Assembly: GCA_039584685.1 (NCBI GenBank)
Contig: JBDGXI010000003.1
Span: 10,556-74,555, forward strand
DNA: 64,000 nucleotides
Source: Gemmatimonadota bacterium
GTDB lineage: Bacteria > Gemmatimonadota > Gemmatimonadetes > Palauibacterales > Palauibacteraceae
Reading direction: 5' to 3'
Shown: in pieces, positions 1-10,299 of the stretch
How the letters are laid out: every line of letters starts with the position of its first letter
Position numbering within the stretch: position 1 is the stretch's first letter
Notes under the pieces: model-generated
Told to the model about the DNA's origin: nothing
What the model saw: only the letters and a program-made list of their open reading frames with translations
Databases searched by the model: none
Made by a program: the position numbers and the translations under genes

Positions 1-1176
1 GCCGCCCGTCTCCTGGGTTCGCATCCGTCCGTACAGCGCCAGACCCGCGGCGGCCGAGAGGGATGGATCGCGCGTGGCCTCCACGAGGCCCTCCAGGCCA
101 GCTCCGGGTTGACCGAGGGCGACGGGCATGTTGAACACCGTCTGAGCCAGCTCGACGATCCCTTGGAGGCTGGACCCACCGCCCGTAAGCACCACGCCGC
201 CCGGGAGCACGTCCAGCATCTGCTTCTCCTCGAGTGCCTCGTATACCAGCCCGAACATCTCGTCCAGGCGCTGCTCGATGATGTGCGCCAGCAGTTCGCG
301 CGAGACCTCCCGCGTGCGACCAGGCGTCGGGCCCGGAATCTCGAGCTGCTCGTCACCGCCGACCCCACGGGTGCTGGCACTGCCTCTGTCTCTTTTCAGA
401 TCCTCCGCGTCGGCCAGCGGAATGCCGAGGCCTTTCACGATGTCGTTCGTGACGGTGAGCCCCCCCCAGGGAAAGGTGGCCACCACGTGGATCCGTCCGT
501 CGCGATACACCATCATCTCCGCGGCCACGGCCCCGATCTCGAGCAGGGCGACCCCGGCCTGTCTCTGTTCGTCCGACAGCACGGCCAGGCTGGTGGCGAG
601 CGGAGAAAACACGAGCTCCTCGGTACGGTAGCCAGCTCGATCGATCGCTTTCCGGAGATTCTGGCAGGCGGTCGATCCGGCCGTGACGACACATACTTCG
701 GATTCGAGTCGCGTCGCCTCCATGCCGCGCGGATCCTCGATTCCCGCCTGCCCGTCAACCAGATAGTCCTGGGGTATGGCGTGAAGCAGCTCGCGGTCCT
801 GGGGGATCGCGATCGCCCTCGCCACTTCGTGCACCCGCTCGAGATCCCGCTGGTCGACCTCGTCTCCGGATACGGCCACGACACCGGACGAGGACCCGAC
901 GAGGACGTGATCGCCCGCGATGCCCGCGTACACGACACCCGCCTCCATACCGGCCATTTCCTCGGCTTCTCGCATAGCTTCGCGCACCGACTCCGTCGCC
1001 GCCTCGATATGCGTGACGTTCCGGTTGCGTACTCCCTCCGTGTGCGCGATTCCCACACCCAGCACGCGGGCCGGACCGGACGCCGCTTCCCACGCGGAGC
1101 CCGTCTCTATGAGGACGGCGGTGGTGGCCGTCGAGCCGATGTCGAGGCCGACGAGGGAACGCGGCGCCCCGATCAC
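1..1176 (-). CDS. ftsA: cell division protein FtsA (partial; 3' end of gene lies beyond window start)
   Basis: Absent from the ORF track because its stop is outside the window. My minus-strand translation from GTG at 1174-1176 gives VIGAPRSLVGLDIGSTATTAVL..., GGLTVTNDIVKGL, VVLTGGGSSLQGIVELAQTVFNMPVALGQP (actin-like FtsA). GTGA overlap with the ftsQ stop. Last gene of the dcw order. Confidence 0.85.
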   Translation of the reverse strand, partial: MIGAPRSLVGLDIGSTATTAVLIETGSAWEAASGPARVLGVGIAHTEGVRNRNVTHIEAATESVREAMREAEEMAGMEAGVVYAGIAGDHVLVGSSSGVVAVSGDEVDQRDLERVHEVARAIAIPQDRELLHAIPQDYLVDGQAGIEDPRGMEATRLESEVCVVTAGSTACQNLRKAIDRAGYRTEELVFSPLATSLAVLSDEQRQAGVALLEIGAVAAEMMVYRDGRIHVVATFPWGGLTVTNDIVKGLGIPLADAEDLKRDRGSASTRGVGGDEQLEIPGPTPGRTREVSRELLAHIIEQRLDEMFGLVYEALEEKQMLDVLPGGVVLTGGGSSLQGIVELAQTVFNMPVALGQPGAGLEGLVEATRDPSLSAAAGLALYGRMRTQETGG

Positions 1177-1907
1177 GCGGCATCCTCCAGCTGGATCACG
1201 ATCCGATCGCGGAAGCGGGCGTCGACGGAGACGACGCGACCCCGCTCCGAACATTCTCCGATCGCGTGTTCCGCTCGCAGGAAGGCGACTTCCGCACCGT
1301 CGATGGGGAGAACGATCCTCTCGACGTGGCTTCCCTCGAGGAGCACGAGCTCGATGGCATCGCCTGCCGAGCGATGGATCTCGGAGACGCGATGGACGAA
1401 CCCGGGGTTCAGACCGTCCAGTCGCTCCAGCACGGCCAGCGCCCGCCGGGAGTCTTCGTCCGCCACCCGACCCACCTCGACCGTCGCCTGTAGCAGGATA
1501 GGTAGATCCAGGGAATGCGCCGCCGGATCCAGCGGCAGAATCGTACCGCGGCCGTCCACGGGCTCCAGCACGGGAGCGGAGACCAGCGCCACCGGGTGAA
1601 CCTCGCGCAGCTCGATCGTCAGGCGGTTGAACCCCTGGCGGCGCACACGCGCTTCCTCGATCAGAGGGTGGGTCTCCAGGCGCGCCTCGGCGTCGGCCTG
1701 GTCGTCCCAAACCGAAGCGTCCGGCAGGATCGCGGCCAGGGCTCGCGCCGAGTCGGCCGGGACGAAGCGCGCGCCGGCAACCTGGATACCCGCGACCCGA
1801 AAGGCCGGCACGGTCCTCATCACCGCGGGCCCCCACATGGGGCTCCACACGGCGAGGCCGGCGGCCGTCCCCACGGCGGCCAGGCGGCGGCGCGTCTGCC
1901 GGCTCAC
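1173..1907 (-). CDS. ftsQ: cell division protein FtsQ/DivIB (POTRA domain)
   Basis: ORF 1173..2141 (-). TM segment RRRLAAVGTAAGLAVW then a POTRA-like FRVAGIQVAGARFVPADSARALAAIL. I place the start at GTG 1905-1907 because it makes a GTGA overlap with the murB stop at 1904. Position between murB and ftsA. Confidence 0.75.
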   Translation of the reverse strand: MSRQTRRRLAAVGTAAGLAVWSPMWGPAVMRTVPAFRVAGIQVAGARFVPADSARALAAILPDASVWDDQADAEARLETHPLIEEARVRRQGFNRLTIELREVHPVALVSAPVLEPVDGRGTILPLDPAAHSLDLPILLQATVEVGRVADEDSRRALAVLERLDGLNPGFVHRVSEIHRSAGDAIELVLLEGSHVERIVLPIDGAEVAFLRAEHAIGECSERGRVVSVDARFRDRIVIQLEDAA

Positions 1908-2827
1908 GAGACGACTCCTACGGAATTCAGTTCCTCTGCCGTGAAGCCCCACAGACAGATCTCGGGCTGCAGCTGGATTCCTTCGCGATCGTTCACCCGG
2001 CGCCGCGTCTCTGCCATCAGCCACAGCACGTCCGCTGCCGTCGCACCACCGAGGTTGGCGATGAAGTTGGCGTGCCTCTCGGTGATCTGCGCTCCACCGC
2101 GTATGGCTCCGCGCATCCCGGCCCGATCCACCAGCTCCCACGCAGATCCGTGCGGCGGACCCGGGTTCTTCCAGATCGAGCCGCAGGAAGGAAGCTCGTA
2201 GACCTGCTCCTCGACCTTCCGGCGACGACGCTCGGCGTGCACGGAGTTGATCGTCGCGGGGTCACCGGCGGGTGCCGCGAGGGATGCCCCGATGAACACC
2301 CAGTCGTCAGGGACACCGACCCCCCTGTAGCGCGGCATGGCCTCGCTCGGGTCCATGCGGATGCAGTCGCCTGCGGCATTCACCGCCTCGGCCCACACCA
2401 CCCGGTCCCATATCCCGACTTCGGTCGAACCCGCGTTCATGCGAAGGCCGCCTCCGACGCTTCCGGGCACGGCCTCCAGGAAGTCCCAGCCCGCCCGCCC
2501 TTCCCGCCGGGCGTCTCCGACGAGTGCCGGCAGACCGGCCGCCCCGCCCACCTCGATGGCCTCATCCGACATGCGCAGGAAATCGAAATCTCCCGACAGC
2601 GAGATGACCGGCTCCGTTACGCCTCGATCGGAAACGAGCACATTGGCCCCCCATCCGAGCACGCGGAACGACGAGCCCTCCAGTGATTCGAGGACGCCAC
2701 CGAGGTCGCGCCGCGTCTCGATTCGGGCGAACCGGTTCGCCGGTCCTCCGATGCGGTATCGGGTCAGAGAGGCGAGAGACAAGTCAAACTCCCACACTGC
2801 TTGCCCCCTTTTCTTCCGCCACCGCAT
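1904..2827 (-). CDS. murB: UDP-N-acetylenolpyruvoylglucosamine reductase
   Basis: ORF 1904..2827 (-), 307 aa. LTRYRIGGPA N-terminus and ...GSIWKNPGPPHGSAWELVD... are typical of MurB. The start may be a few codons downstream (it overlaps the murC stop). Confidence 0.8.
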   Translation of the reverse strand: MRWRKKRGQAVWEFDLSLASLTRYRIGGPANRFARIETRRDLGGVLESLEGSSFRVLGWGANVLVSDRGVTEPVISLSGDFDFLRMSDEAIEVGGAAGLPALVGDARREGRAGWDFLEAVPGSVGGGLRMNAGSTEVGIWDRVVWAEAVNAAGDCIRMDPSEAMPRYRGVGVPDDWVFIGASLAAPAGDPATINSVHAERRRRKVEEQVYELPSCGSIWKNPGPPHGSAWELVDRAGMRGAIRGGAQITERHANFIANLGGATAADVLWLMAETRRRVNDREGIQLQPEICLWGFTAEELNSVGVVS

Positions 2828-4178
2828 GGGCCAGGCGCGTGATGTCGCCGGCGCCCATGAACAGCACCACCGAATCCGCCGGGAGCCCGTCCACCCACTC
2901 CGGCACCTCGGCCGCCGTCGCTGAACCGAGGAATCCGCCGGACGCCTCGGTCACGAGACCGGAAGTGACCCCTGGTATGAGAGTCTCTCGCGCGGGGTAG
3001 ATGGGGAGGACCACCGCTTCGTCCGCCCCGGCAAGCGATGCCGCGAACTCGACAGCCATCCGGCGCGTCCGACTGTACAGGTGCGGCTGGAATACGACGG
3101 CGAGCATCCGTCCAGGCCACGCTTCGCGGACGGCCGCGACCGATGCCTGGACTTCCGTGGGATGGTGCGCGTAGTCGTCGAGGATCACCCGGCCACCCCT
3201 CTTGCCAAGGAGCTGCAGCCGGCGGTCCACTCCGTGGAATTGCGCGAGCGCGCCGCTCAGAGTGTCCGAATCCAGTTGCAGCCTGACCCCCACCGCGAGG
3301 GCGGCTCCGGCGTTCTGCGCGTTGTGGTCCCCGGGCGTGCCGAGCTCGAAATCGAAGGCTCCCTCGTGCCACGTGAAGCGGCAGGTCTGCCTCGTTCCGC
3401 GCCGGTTGACGATCGCCACCCTGTAATCCGCCGCCGGATCCATTCCGTACGTCGCGACGGTTTCGAGCCCTTCGACCACTCCGGCGACCCCCGGACCTTC
3501 GGCGCACGCCAGGATCCCGTCCCGTCCGATTGCGCGGGCCGCGAAATCGCGAAACGACGACCGGAGGTGCTCGGGTCCCTCGTAACACTCGAGGTGTTCG
3601 GGCTCCACCGAAGTGATCACCGCGAGGCTGGGATCCAGCTCGAGGAACGACCGGTCGTACTCGTCGGCTTCGGCGATGGCCACCCCGTGTCCGGTACGCG
3701 CGTTTCCGTTCCACCGGTCGACCCGCCCGCCCACGAGGACGACGGGATCGAGGCCGCCGGCTTCTGCGACCTGCGCCGTCATGGCGGTTACGGTCGTCTT
3801 GCCGTGGGTGCCTGATATCGCCACCAGCCGCCGGTCGTTCAGGAGCGCGCCCATCGCCTGCGCCCGCCTCAGGATCGGTACGCCCGCCCGTCGCGCGGCG
3901 GCCAGCACCGGGTGGTCGGCCGCGGCCGCAGAGGTGTGCACGACCAGGCTCGCCTCGACGGCGGGGCGCGTATCCTCCTCACTGACGAAGCGAATACCAT
4001 GCGCTTCGAGCTGCCTCGCCTCCGCCGTGATCTGCAGATCGCAGCCCGTCACCCCGTATCCTTCCGAGGCCAGGAGGCGTGCCAGCCCGCTCATGCCGGC
4101 TCCTGCGATTCCGAGAAGGAACACGGGAGCGCCGGGAGGCGGCAGGAGGCTCCGATTGGGAGGACGGTGCTCAAGCAT
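2784..4178 (-). CDS. murC: UDP-N-acetylmuramate--L-alanine ligase
   Basis: ORF 2784..4331 (-). Mur ligase motifs VFLLGIAGAGMSGLA and ISGTHGKTTVTAM. I chose the internal Met (MLEHRPP...) at 4178, which gives an 8-nt overlap with the murG stop. The upstream 51 codons are Arg/Ser-rich and read antisense to murG. Confidence 0.85.
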   Translation of the reverse strand: MLEHRPPNRSLLPPPGAPVFLLGIAGAGMSGLARLLASEGYGVTGCDLQITAEARQLEAHGIRFVSEEDTRPAVEASLVVHTSAAAADHPVLAAARRAGVPILRRAQAMGALLNDRRLVAISGTHGKTTVTAMTAQVAEAGGLDPVVLVGGRVDRWNGNARTGHGVAIAEADEYDRSFLELDPSLAVITSVEPEHLECYEGPEHLRSSFRDFAARAIGRDGILACAEGPGVAGVVEGLETVATYGMDPAADYRVAIVNRRGTRQTCRFTWHEGAFDFELGTPGDHNAQNAGAALAVGVRLQLDSDTLSGALAQFHGVDRRLQLLGKRGGRVILDDYAHHPTEVQASVAAVREAWPGRMLAVVFQPHLYSRTRRMAVEFAASLAGADEAVVLPIYPARETLIPGVTSGLVTEASGGFLGSATAAEVPEWVDGLPADSVVLFMGAGDITRLAHAVAEEKGASSVGV

Positions 4179-5283
4179 CGGCCCTCCCGGCAGACCGCCC
4201 GGCCAGCTCGATGAGCTCGGCCGCGATCTGGTCCGCCGCGTGCGGGCGCCCGCGGCGCCGGCTCGCACCGGCCATGTCCGCGAGGCGCCCGGCGTCGCGC
4301 AGAAGCGTGAGAGCCTCGGTCCACAGCTCACGGCCGCTCACGACGGTCTCCTCGCGCATCAGGGCGGCGCCCGCCGATACCATGGCGCCCGCGTTGTACC
4401 GCTGGTGATCGCCCGCCGCTGTCGGAAGCGGGACGAGAATAGCCGGCACGCCCGCGGCCGTCAGCTCGGCGCAGGTCATGGCCCCCGACCGGCTGATGGC
4501 CAGCGCCACGCGGTCGAGCTGCCCGCCCAGGCCCTGAATGAAGGGCACGACGTGCACCCTGGCCGGACACGGGAGCGCCCGCACCCTCTCGGCCACCGCT
4601 ACATGGTGAGCCGGCCCGGCGATCCACACGACGGCTACGTCCGCCGGCCAGTCGTCCCCGCCGGCGAGCCCCTCGAGAAGGAGCTCGTTCAGCGCCCGGG
4701 CCCCCTGGCTGCCACCGAAAGCCAGGACGATCCGCCCCTCGGGCCACTCGAACGGCCGGGTTGCGGGGCCCACGGCCACCGGGTTTCCGAGCTCGAACAC
4801 CCGCGTGTTGCGGCCTGGCTGAATCCGGTTCCTGGCCTCGGGGTACCCGAGATGCACCTGATCGACTCGCCGGGCCAGAACCCGTGTCGCCAGGCCCGGC
4901 ATGGCATTCTGTTCCTGGATGGCGGCAGCGACCCCTGTCGCCACACCCCAGGCCACGGCCGGCCCGGAGGCGTACCCGCCGGTCCCGACGACCAGCTGCG
5001 GACGGAGCTCGGCATAGATTCGACTGAGCCCTCCGAGCACCGCGGGCGTACTCCGCAGCAGACGCCAGTTGCGCCAGGGCCGCGAGCGGTACAGAGGCTC
5101 CTGGGGCAGCAGTCGATACGGCCAGCCGGACTGCGGAAGCACGGCCGCCTCGATTCCCCGGCGTGCCCCGACCAGCATGAGTTGCACGTCCGGCTCCGCC
5201 CGCCGCAGGGCAGCGGCGAGATTGAGGGCCGGATACAGGTGCCCGCCCGTCCCGCCGCCAGAAAGGAGGATACGATGCGCCAC
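4171..5283 (-). CDS. murG: UDP-N-acetylglucosamine--N-acetylmuramyl-(pentapeptide) pyrophosphoryl-undecaprenol GlcNAc transferase
   Basis: ORF 4171..5283 (-), 370 aa. MAHRILLSGGGTGGHLYPAL N-terminus (GT28 glycine-rich loop). dcw position. Confidence 0.9.
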   Translation of the reverse strand: MAHRILLSGGGTGGHLYPALNLAAALRRAEPDVQLMLVGARRGIEAAVLPQSGWPYRLLPQEPLYRSRPWRNWRLLRSTPAVLGGLSRIYAELRPQLVVGTGGYASGPAVAWGVATGVAAAIQEQNAMPGLATRVLARRVDQVHLGYPEARNRIQPGRNTRVFELGNPVAVGPATRPFEWPEGRIVLAFGGSQGARALNELLLEGLAGGDDWPADVAVVWIAGPAHHVAVAERVRALPCPARVHVVPFIQGLGGQLDRVALAISRSGAMTCAELTAAGVPAILVPLPTAAGDHQRYNAGAMVSAGAALMREETVVSGRELWTEALTLLRDAGRLADMAGASRRRGRPHAADQIAAELIELAGRSAGRADA

Positions 5284-5286
5284 GAT

Positions 5287-6435
5287 TCAGGCTTTCCCTC
5301 CTTTCGAGACATTGAGCAGAATTCCGGTCGTGCCGAGCATGAGGATCAGGTTGGTCCCGCCGGCCGAGATGAACGGAAGGTTGATCCCGGTGGTGGGCAG
5401 CAGCCCGAGCGCCACGCCGATGTGCCCGAAGGCGGCGCACGCCACCAGGGCGGTGATACCCACGGCGACCAGACGTCCGAAGAGATCCGGGGCCGAGCGG
5501 GATATCCGCAGGCCGAGGAGCGCCCAGGCGAGAAACAGAATGATCACGGCGGCGGCGCCGACGAAGCCCCACTCTTCGGCGATGATCGAATAGATGAAGT
5601 CGTTCTGCGGCTCCGGCAGATACGACATCTTCAGACTGCTGCGACCGAATCCGACGCCGAACATTCCACCCGATCCGACGGCCATCAGCGACTGCTTGAG
5701 CTGGTAGCCGCCGGCAGCCGCCGTGGAATCAGGGTTCATGAAAGCCGCGACCCGGGCCATCCGGTAGCCGCTTCCCATGACCTGCACCCACAGGACGGGC
5801 AGGGCAGCCGCAACGATCAGGGCGAAGTGCCCGAGCCGGGCGCCGGCCGTAAACAGGACGATGGCCGCCACGGCCGCGATCAGTAACGTGGCCGAGAAGT
5901 GGGGCTCCACGAGCACGAGAAGGCACACCGGCCCCAGGACGAGGAGGAACGGCAGGAGGCCGTAGCGAAAGCTGTGCAGTCGGTCCTGCTTCTTCACTGC
6001 GACCGCCGCGGTCCACAGGACGACCGATATCTTCGCGAGCTCCGAAGGCTGGATGGTCACTCCGAGGTCGAGCCAGCGCCGCGCTCCGTTGATTCGCGGC
6101 GCGATCGACTCGGTGCCCGGCAGCAGCAGCACGATCAGCATCAGGACGGTGAGACCGAGCAATGGCCAGGCAAGCACCTGGTACAATCGGTAGTTGACGA
6201 CGCTCGCTATGGCCAGCGCCACGAGCCCGATGCCCGCCCGGCTCAATTGCTGGAACAGGTAGTGGCTGTCCTCGAGCCCCTGGGTCTGAGCGACATACGA
6301 GCTCGCGCTGTAGACCGAGATCAATCCGAAGGCGATCAGCGAGAGGGTCACGGCCAGGAGCGCGCGACCCGCAACAGAGGGACGGGAGCTCGCCGGCCGC
6401 ATCGGAAGCACGCTGAGAAGACGCGAGGCGCTCAC
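5287..6435 (-). CDS. ftsW: peptidoglycan glycosyltransferase FtsW (SEDS family)
   Basis: ORF 5287..6528 (-). Multi-TM, FtsW/RodA-like (GVALGLLPTTGINLPFISAGGTNLI). I place the start at GTG 6433-6435 because plus-strand tcac at 6432-6435 gives a GTGA overlap with the murD stop. The ORF-track start at 6528 would overlap murD by 97 nt. Confidence 0.8.
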   Translation of the reverse strand: MSASRLLSVLPMRPASSRPSVAGRALLAVTLSLIAFGLISVYSASSYVAQTQGLEDSHYLFQQLSRAGIGLVALAIASVVNYRLYQVLAWPLLGLTVLMLIVLLLPGTESIAPRINGARRWLDLGVTIQPSELAKISVVLWTAAVAVKKQDRLHSFRYGLLPFLLVLGPVCLLVLVEPHFSATLLIAAVAAIVLFTAGARLGHFALIVAAALPVLWVQVMGSGYRMARVAAFMNPDSTAAAGGYQLKQSLMAVGSGGMFGVGFGRSSLKMSYLPEPQNDFIYSIIAEEWGFVGAAAVIILFLAWALLGLRISRSAPDLFGRLVAVGITALVACAAFGHIGVALGLLPTTGINLPFISAGGTNLILMLGTTGILLNVSKGGKA

Positions 6436-7835
6436 GAGGCCCCTCCGTCTGCTGGCAGGGCCCGGAACGCGGCCTCGAACGCGCACCCGCGCTCGCGATA
6501 GTTCCGGAACATGTCGTAGCTGCTGCAAGCCGGAGACAGGAGCACGACATCGCCAGGCCGGGCCAGCTCGGCTGCGGCCCGGACTACGGCGTCGATTCCG
6601 CCGTGAACCTCCACGGTGTCCGCGACGCCTGCGAGATCGGATACGATGCGGGGAGCAGCTTCACCGTAGGCTACCGCAGCCCGCGCCCGCGCGCTCAGGT
6701 CTGCTGCCAGGCTCGAGTAAGGCTCTCCCTTGTGTTTGCCCCCGAGGATCAACACCACCGGGCGGTCGAAGGAGCGCAGCGCCACGGCCGTGGCGGAGAC
6801 GTTCGTGGCCTTCGAGTCGTTCACCCACAACACCTCATCCCGCTCGCCGATGGGCTGCAGCCGATGCGGGAGCGCCTCGAAGGTGGACAGGCCGGCGGCG
6901 ATCGCCTCGGGCTCGACACCGGCCAGGGCACAGGCGAGGCCCGCCGCCAGGGCGTTGGCCACGTTGTGTGGTCCCAGCAGCCGCAGATCCGCAGCCGGCA
7001 TCCACTCGACCTCGGTATCGAGTCGGCAGCGGAGAATTCCGTCGGATCCTGCCCACGCTCCCCGGTCAACCGGTCCGCGCATCGAAAAGACGTCGTGCTC
7101 GCCTTCGACGCCGGCCGCAAGCTCTAGGGAGTCGGGATCGTCTGCGTTCAAGACCCACCGTGAATCGGCGGAGGCCCCGTCGAACAGGCGCCGCTTGTCG
7201 GCGTAGTAGCTCTCGACGTCCGGATACCGGTCCAGGTGGTCGGGCGACAGATTGAGCAGGACCCCGATGTCCGGACTCACGGTCTCGTGATCCGCCAGTT
7301 GGAAACTGGACAGCTCGAGTGCCACCCACTCGGGCTGCCGGTCCTGCAGGACGATCTCGGACAGCGCGAGCCCGATGTTGCCGGCGGCGCTGGCCTGCAA
7401 ACCGCCAGCCTCGAGCACGTGAGCGACGAGTCCGGTCGTCGTGGTCTTGCCGTTGGTGCCGGTGATCGCGATCACCCGGCTCTCGAGGTAGCGCCAGGCC
7501 AACTCGACCTCCGCGATCGTCCGGATGCCGGCGTCGTCTATCCGACGCCTGATATCGGATTCCGGTCCGATCCCGGGACTCACGATCACCAGGTCCGCGG
7601 ACAGCACGCGCTGCACATCGTGCTGCCCCGTTTCCGCGTCGATCCCCACGGCTGCCAGCCGCGCAGCAGCTGCGGACGGACCCGGGTCCGTCGATACGTC
7701 ACTGGAGTACACGAGCCCGCCCTCGGCGGCCGCGAGGCGGGAGGCCGCCTCACCGGAAACGCCGAGCCCTAGCACCGCCACGGCGGAGCCAGCGGGGAAA
7801 GCCGGCAACCGGGTCCGAGCACGCGTCGCCCTCAT
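6432..7835 (-). CDS. murD: UDP-N-acetylmuramoylalanine--D-glutamate ligase
   Basis: ORF 6432..7919 (-). VAVLGLGVSGEAASRLAA, ITGTNGKTTTTGL. Internal Met at 7835 gives an ATGA overlap with the mraY stop (7832). Confidence 0.85.
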   Translation of the reverse strand: MRATRARTRLPAFPAGSAVAVLGLGVSGEAASRLAAAEGGLVYSSDVSTDPGPSAAAARLAAVGIDAETGQHDVQRVLSADLVIVSPGIGPESDIRRRIDDAGIRTIAEVELAWRYLESRVIAITGTNGKTTTTGLVAHVLEAGGLQASAAGNIGLALSEIVLQDRQPEWVALELSSFQLADHETVSPDIGVLLNLSPDHLDRYPDVESYYADKRRLFDGASADSRWVLNADDPDSLELAAGVEGEHDVFSMRGPVDRGAWAGSDGILRCRLDTEVEWMPAADLRLLGPHNVANALAAGLACALAGVEPEAIAAGLSTFEALPHRLQPIGERDEVLWVNDSKATNVSATAVALRSFDRPVVLILGGKHKGEPYSSLAADLSARARAAVAYGEAAPRIVSDLAGVADTVEVHGGIDAVVRAAAELARPGDVVLLSPACSSYDMFRNYRERGCAFEAAFRALPADGGAS

Positions 7836-8938
7836 CGCACCTTCATCGTGGCGATGCCGGTCAGAGCGAATATGATCGCGAGAATGTAGAACCGGATCAC
7901 CACCCGCGTCTCCGGCCACCCGAGCTGCTCGAAGTGGTGATGAAGAGGCGCCATGCGGAATACGCGTCGCCCAGTACCGGTTCGAATGCGCGTGTACCTG
8001 AACACGGAGGTCTGGAGGATCACTGACAGGACCTCGAGCACGAACATGCCGCCAACGATGAAGAGCAGCAGTTCGGACTTGAGAAGGACGGCCACCGTCC
8101 CGATCGCTCCGCCCAGGGCCAGCGACCCGGTATCACCCATGAACACTAGGGCTGGAGGCGCGTTGAACCACAGAAAGCCGATCGCCGATCCGGCCACGGC
8201 CACCGCAAACACCGTCAGCTCGCCGGCCCCCGGCAGGTAAGGCAGGCCCAGGTAGAACGACGTATCGACCCGACCCATCACGTAGGCGAACACGGCGAAC
8301 GCGAGGGCGGCTATGGCACTGAGGCCAGCCGCCAGGCCGTCCAGACCGTCCGTCAGGTTCACCGCGTTGGCGCTTCCCGCGACCACCAGGGCGACGAAGA
8401 GCGGAAACACCACCGGGAGCAGAGCCAGGTGCACGTTCTTGAAGAACGGCACCAGCCGGTGCGTGACATCGTGCGTGGACAGAGGCGCGAAGAGGAGCAG
8501 GGTGCCGAGAGCGAGGCCTGCGACCATCTGCCACAGGAATTTCTGACGCGCGATGAGACCGCGGGACTCGTGGCGCACCACCTTTAGGTAGTCGTCCCAG
8601 AAGCCGATCCCGCCCATCAACAGGGTCATCAGCAGCGCGATGTTGACGTAGGGATCGGAGACCCTGGCCCACAGCAGCGTCGAGACGACGATGGCGATCA
8701 GCATGATCACGCCCCCCATCGTCGGCGTCCCCGCCTTCTTGCGATGCGACTTGGGTCCTTCCACCCGGATGACCTGACCCACCCTGCCCCGCTCCAGTCG
8801 GCGAATGACCGGCGGGCCCACCAGGAAGGAGACGAGCAGGGCGGTGACCATGGCTCCGGCCGCCCTGAAGGAGATGTACTGAAACACGTTGAAGATGATG
8901 TGCCGGTCGGCGAGCGGGAACAGGAGCTCGTACAGCAT
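7832..8938 (-). CDS. mraY: phospho-N-acetylmuramoyl-pentapeptide-transferase
   Basis: ORF 7832..8938 (-), 368 aa. Polytopic membrane protein with a MraY-like N-terminus (MLYELLFPLADRH...FNVFQYISFRAAGA) and FWDDYLKV. Confidence 0.9.
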   Translation of the reverse strand: MLYELLFPLADRHIIFNVFQYISFRAAGAMVTALLVSFLVGPPVIRRLERGRVGQVIRVEGPKSHRKKAGTPTMGGVIMLIAIVVSTLLWARVSDPYVNIALLMTLLMGGIGFWDDYLKVVRHESRGLIARQKFLWQMVAGLALGTLLLFAPLSTHDVTHRLVPFFKNVHLALLPVVFPLFVALVVAGSANAVNLTDGLDGLAAGLSAIAALAFAVFAYVMGRVDTSFYLGLPYLPGAGELTVFAVAVAGSAIGFLWFNAPPALVFMGDTGSLALGGAIGTVAVLLKSELLLFIVGGMFVLEVLSVILQTSVFRYTRIRTGTGRRVFRMAPLHHHFEQLGWPETRVVIRFYILAIIFALTGIATMKVR

Positions 8939-10299
8939 CAGCCCTCTCCTCCGGTGAGCGAGTCGATCACCCGCTCGAGCTTCATCGCCCGGGAAGCCTT
9001 CACCAGCAGGACCTCGTCACCGTTCAGTCGGTCTGCCAACACTGCGGCTGCCACCTCCACGGACGGGGGGCACAGCACGGTCACCCCATCGGGGAGAGAC
9101 AGGTCCTGGAAGGCGGGCTGGAAGGCACCGAGGGCCACCACCAGAGAGAATCCCGATCGCAGCAGGTCGGCTGCCACCTGTGCGTGCGCCGGAGCCTCGG
9201 CCGATCCGAGCTCCAGCATGCTGCCGGTCACCGCAGCTAGTCGCCGGCCGGGAAACGCCTCGGAGCAGTAGCGGATCGCTGCTGCGAAAGACTCGGGGTT
9301 CGCGTTGTAGCAGTCCGCGACGATCGTGAGCGACCCGATCTCGACCAGCGCCCCCCGGAAGCCGATCGGGCGGTAACCGGCCAGTCCCTCGGCGACCCCT
9401 TGCGGACTCACGCCGAGTCCCTGTGCGGTCGCAGCGGCGATCAGAGCATCCCGGAGATGATGCTCTCCGCCCACCGAGACCGAGTAGTCCGTTCCCGCGT
9501 GCGTGAAGCGGGCCCACGTCGAGCCGACGTCCCACTCGGAGGGACGGAACTCGCAGTCGGGACCGAGCCCCGCGACGATCACATCGGACCGGACTTCCCT
9601 GGCCGCTCGCGGAAGGTCCTCGGGGAGTTCTCCGACCACGGCGCAGCCTGCGGTGGAGGCTCCGCGCAACAGGTCGAGCTTCTCCTCCAGTACCCCCGAC
9701 AAGTCTCCGAGACCCTCGAGGTGCGCCGCGCCCACGGTCGTGATCACCGCATCATCGGGCTCGGCGATCGACGTGAGGCGCCGGATCTCACCGGGCTCGC
9801 TCGTGCCCAGTTCGAGCACCCACACCTGCGAGCCTTCTTCCGCGCCGAGGATGGAAAGAGGAAGCCCTACCTGATTGTTCAGGTTGCCCTCGGTGGCGTG
9901 CACGTGCCTCTCCGACTCGAGGGCCCGCGCCAGCATTTCCTTCACCGTGGTCTTCCCGGATGACCCGGTCACGCCGACGACCCTCACACCGCACCGCCGA
10001 CGGTAGTAGCGAGCCAGGTCTCCGAGCGCGGCCGTCGTGTCTGCCACGGTGAATACGGGGAAACCGACCGCCGGTCCAGCCGCTGACACGGGGACTACCG
10101 CTCCAGCCGCACCCATGCGCTCGGCCTGTTCGACGAAATCGGTTCCATCGAAGCGCTCGCCCTGGAGCGCGACGAACAGCGCGCCGGGATGCAGATCACG
10201 CGTATCGGTCGATACCGACGAGAACTCGCGGGCCGGCCCGTCCTCGGGGAGGTCGAGAGCCCGACTGATCTCGGCTGCCGTGAACCGGGCGGCCATCAC
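8938..10299 (-). CDS. murF: UDP-N-acetylmuramoyl-tripeptide--D-alanyl-D-alanine ligase
   Basis: ORF 8938..10299 (-), 453 aa. VTGSSGKTTVKEM Mur ligase P-loop. The start overlaps the murE stop. Confidence 0.9.
   Translation of the reverse strand: MMAARFTAAEISRALDLPEDGPAREFSSVSTDTRDLHPGALFVALQGERFDGTDFVEQAERMGAAGAVVPVSAAGPAVGFPVFTVADTTAALGDLARYYRRRCGVRVVGVTGSSGKTTVKEMLARALESERHVHATEGNLNNQVGLPLSILGAEEGSQVWVLELGTSEPGEIRRLTSIAEPDDAVITTVGAAHLEGLGDLSGVLEEKLDLLRGASTAGCAVVGELPEDLPRAAREVRSDVIVAGLGPDCEFRPSEWDVGSTWARFTHAGTDYSVSVGGEHHLRDALIAAATAQGLGVSPQGVAEGLAGYRPIGFRGALVEIGSLTIVADCYNANPESFAAAIRYCSEAFPGRRLAAVTGSMLELGSAEAPAHAQVAADLLRSGFSLVVALGAFQPAFQDLSLPDGVTVLCPPSVEVAAAVLADRLNGDEVLLVKASRAMKLERVIDSLTGGEG

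Noticed and set aside
109-1599. 496-aa plus-strand ORF (TTG start) across the ftsA/ftsQ region.
   Set aside because: It is antisense to the clearly recognisable ftsA and ftsQ frames. It has a low-complexity Arg/Pro/Gly-rich translation, which is typical of spurious long ORFs in high-GC DNA.
3613-5886. 757-aa plus-strand ORF.
   Set aside because: Antisense to murC/murG/ftsW. The translation is R/P/G/A-rich with no domain signature.
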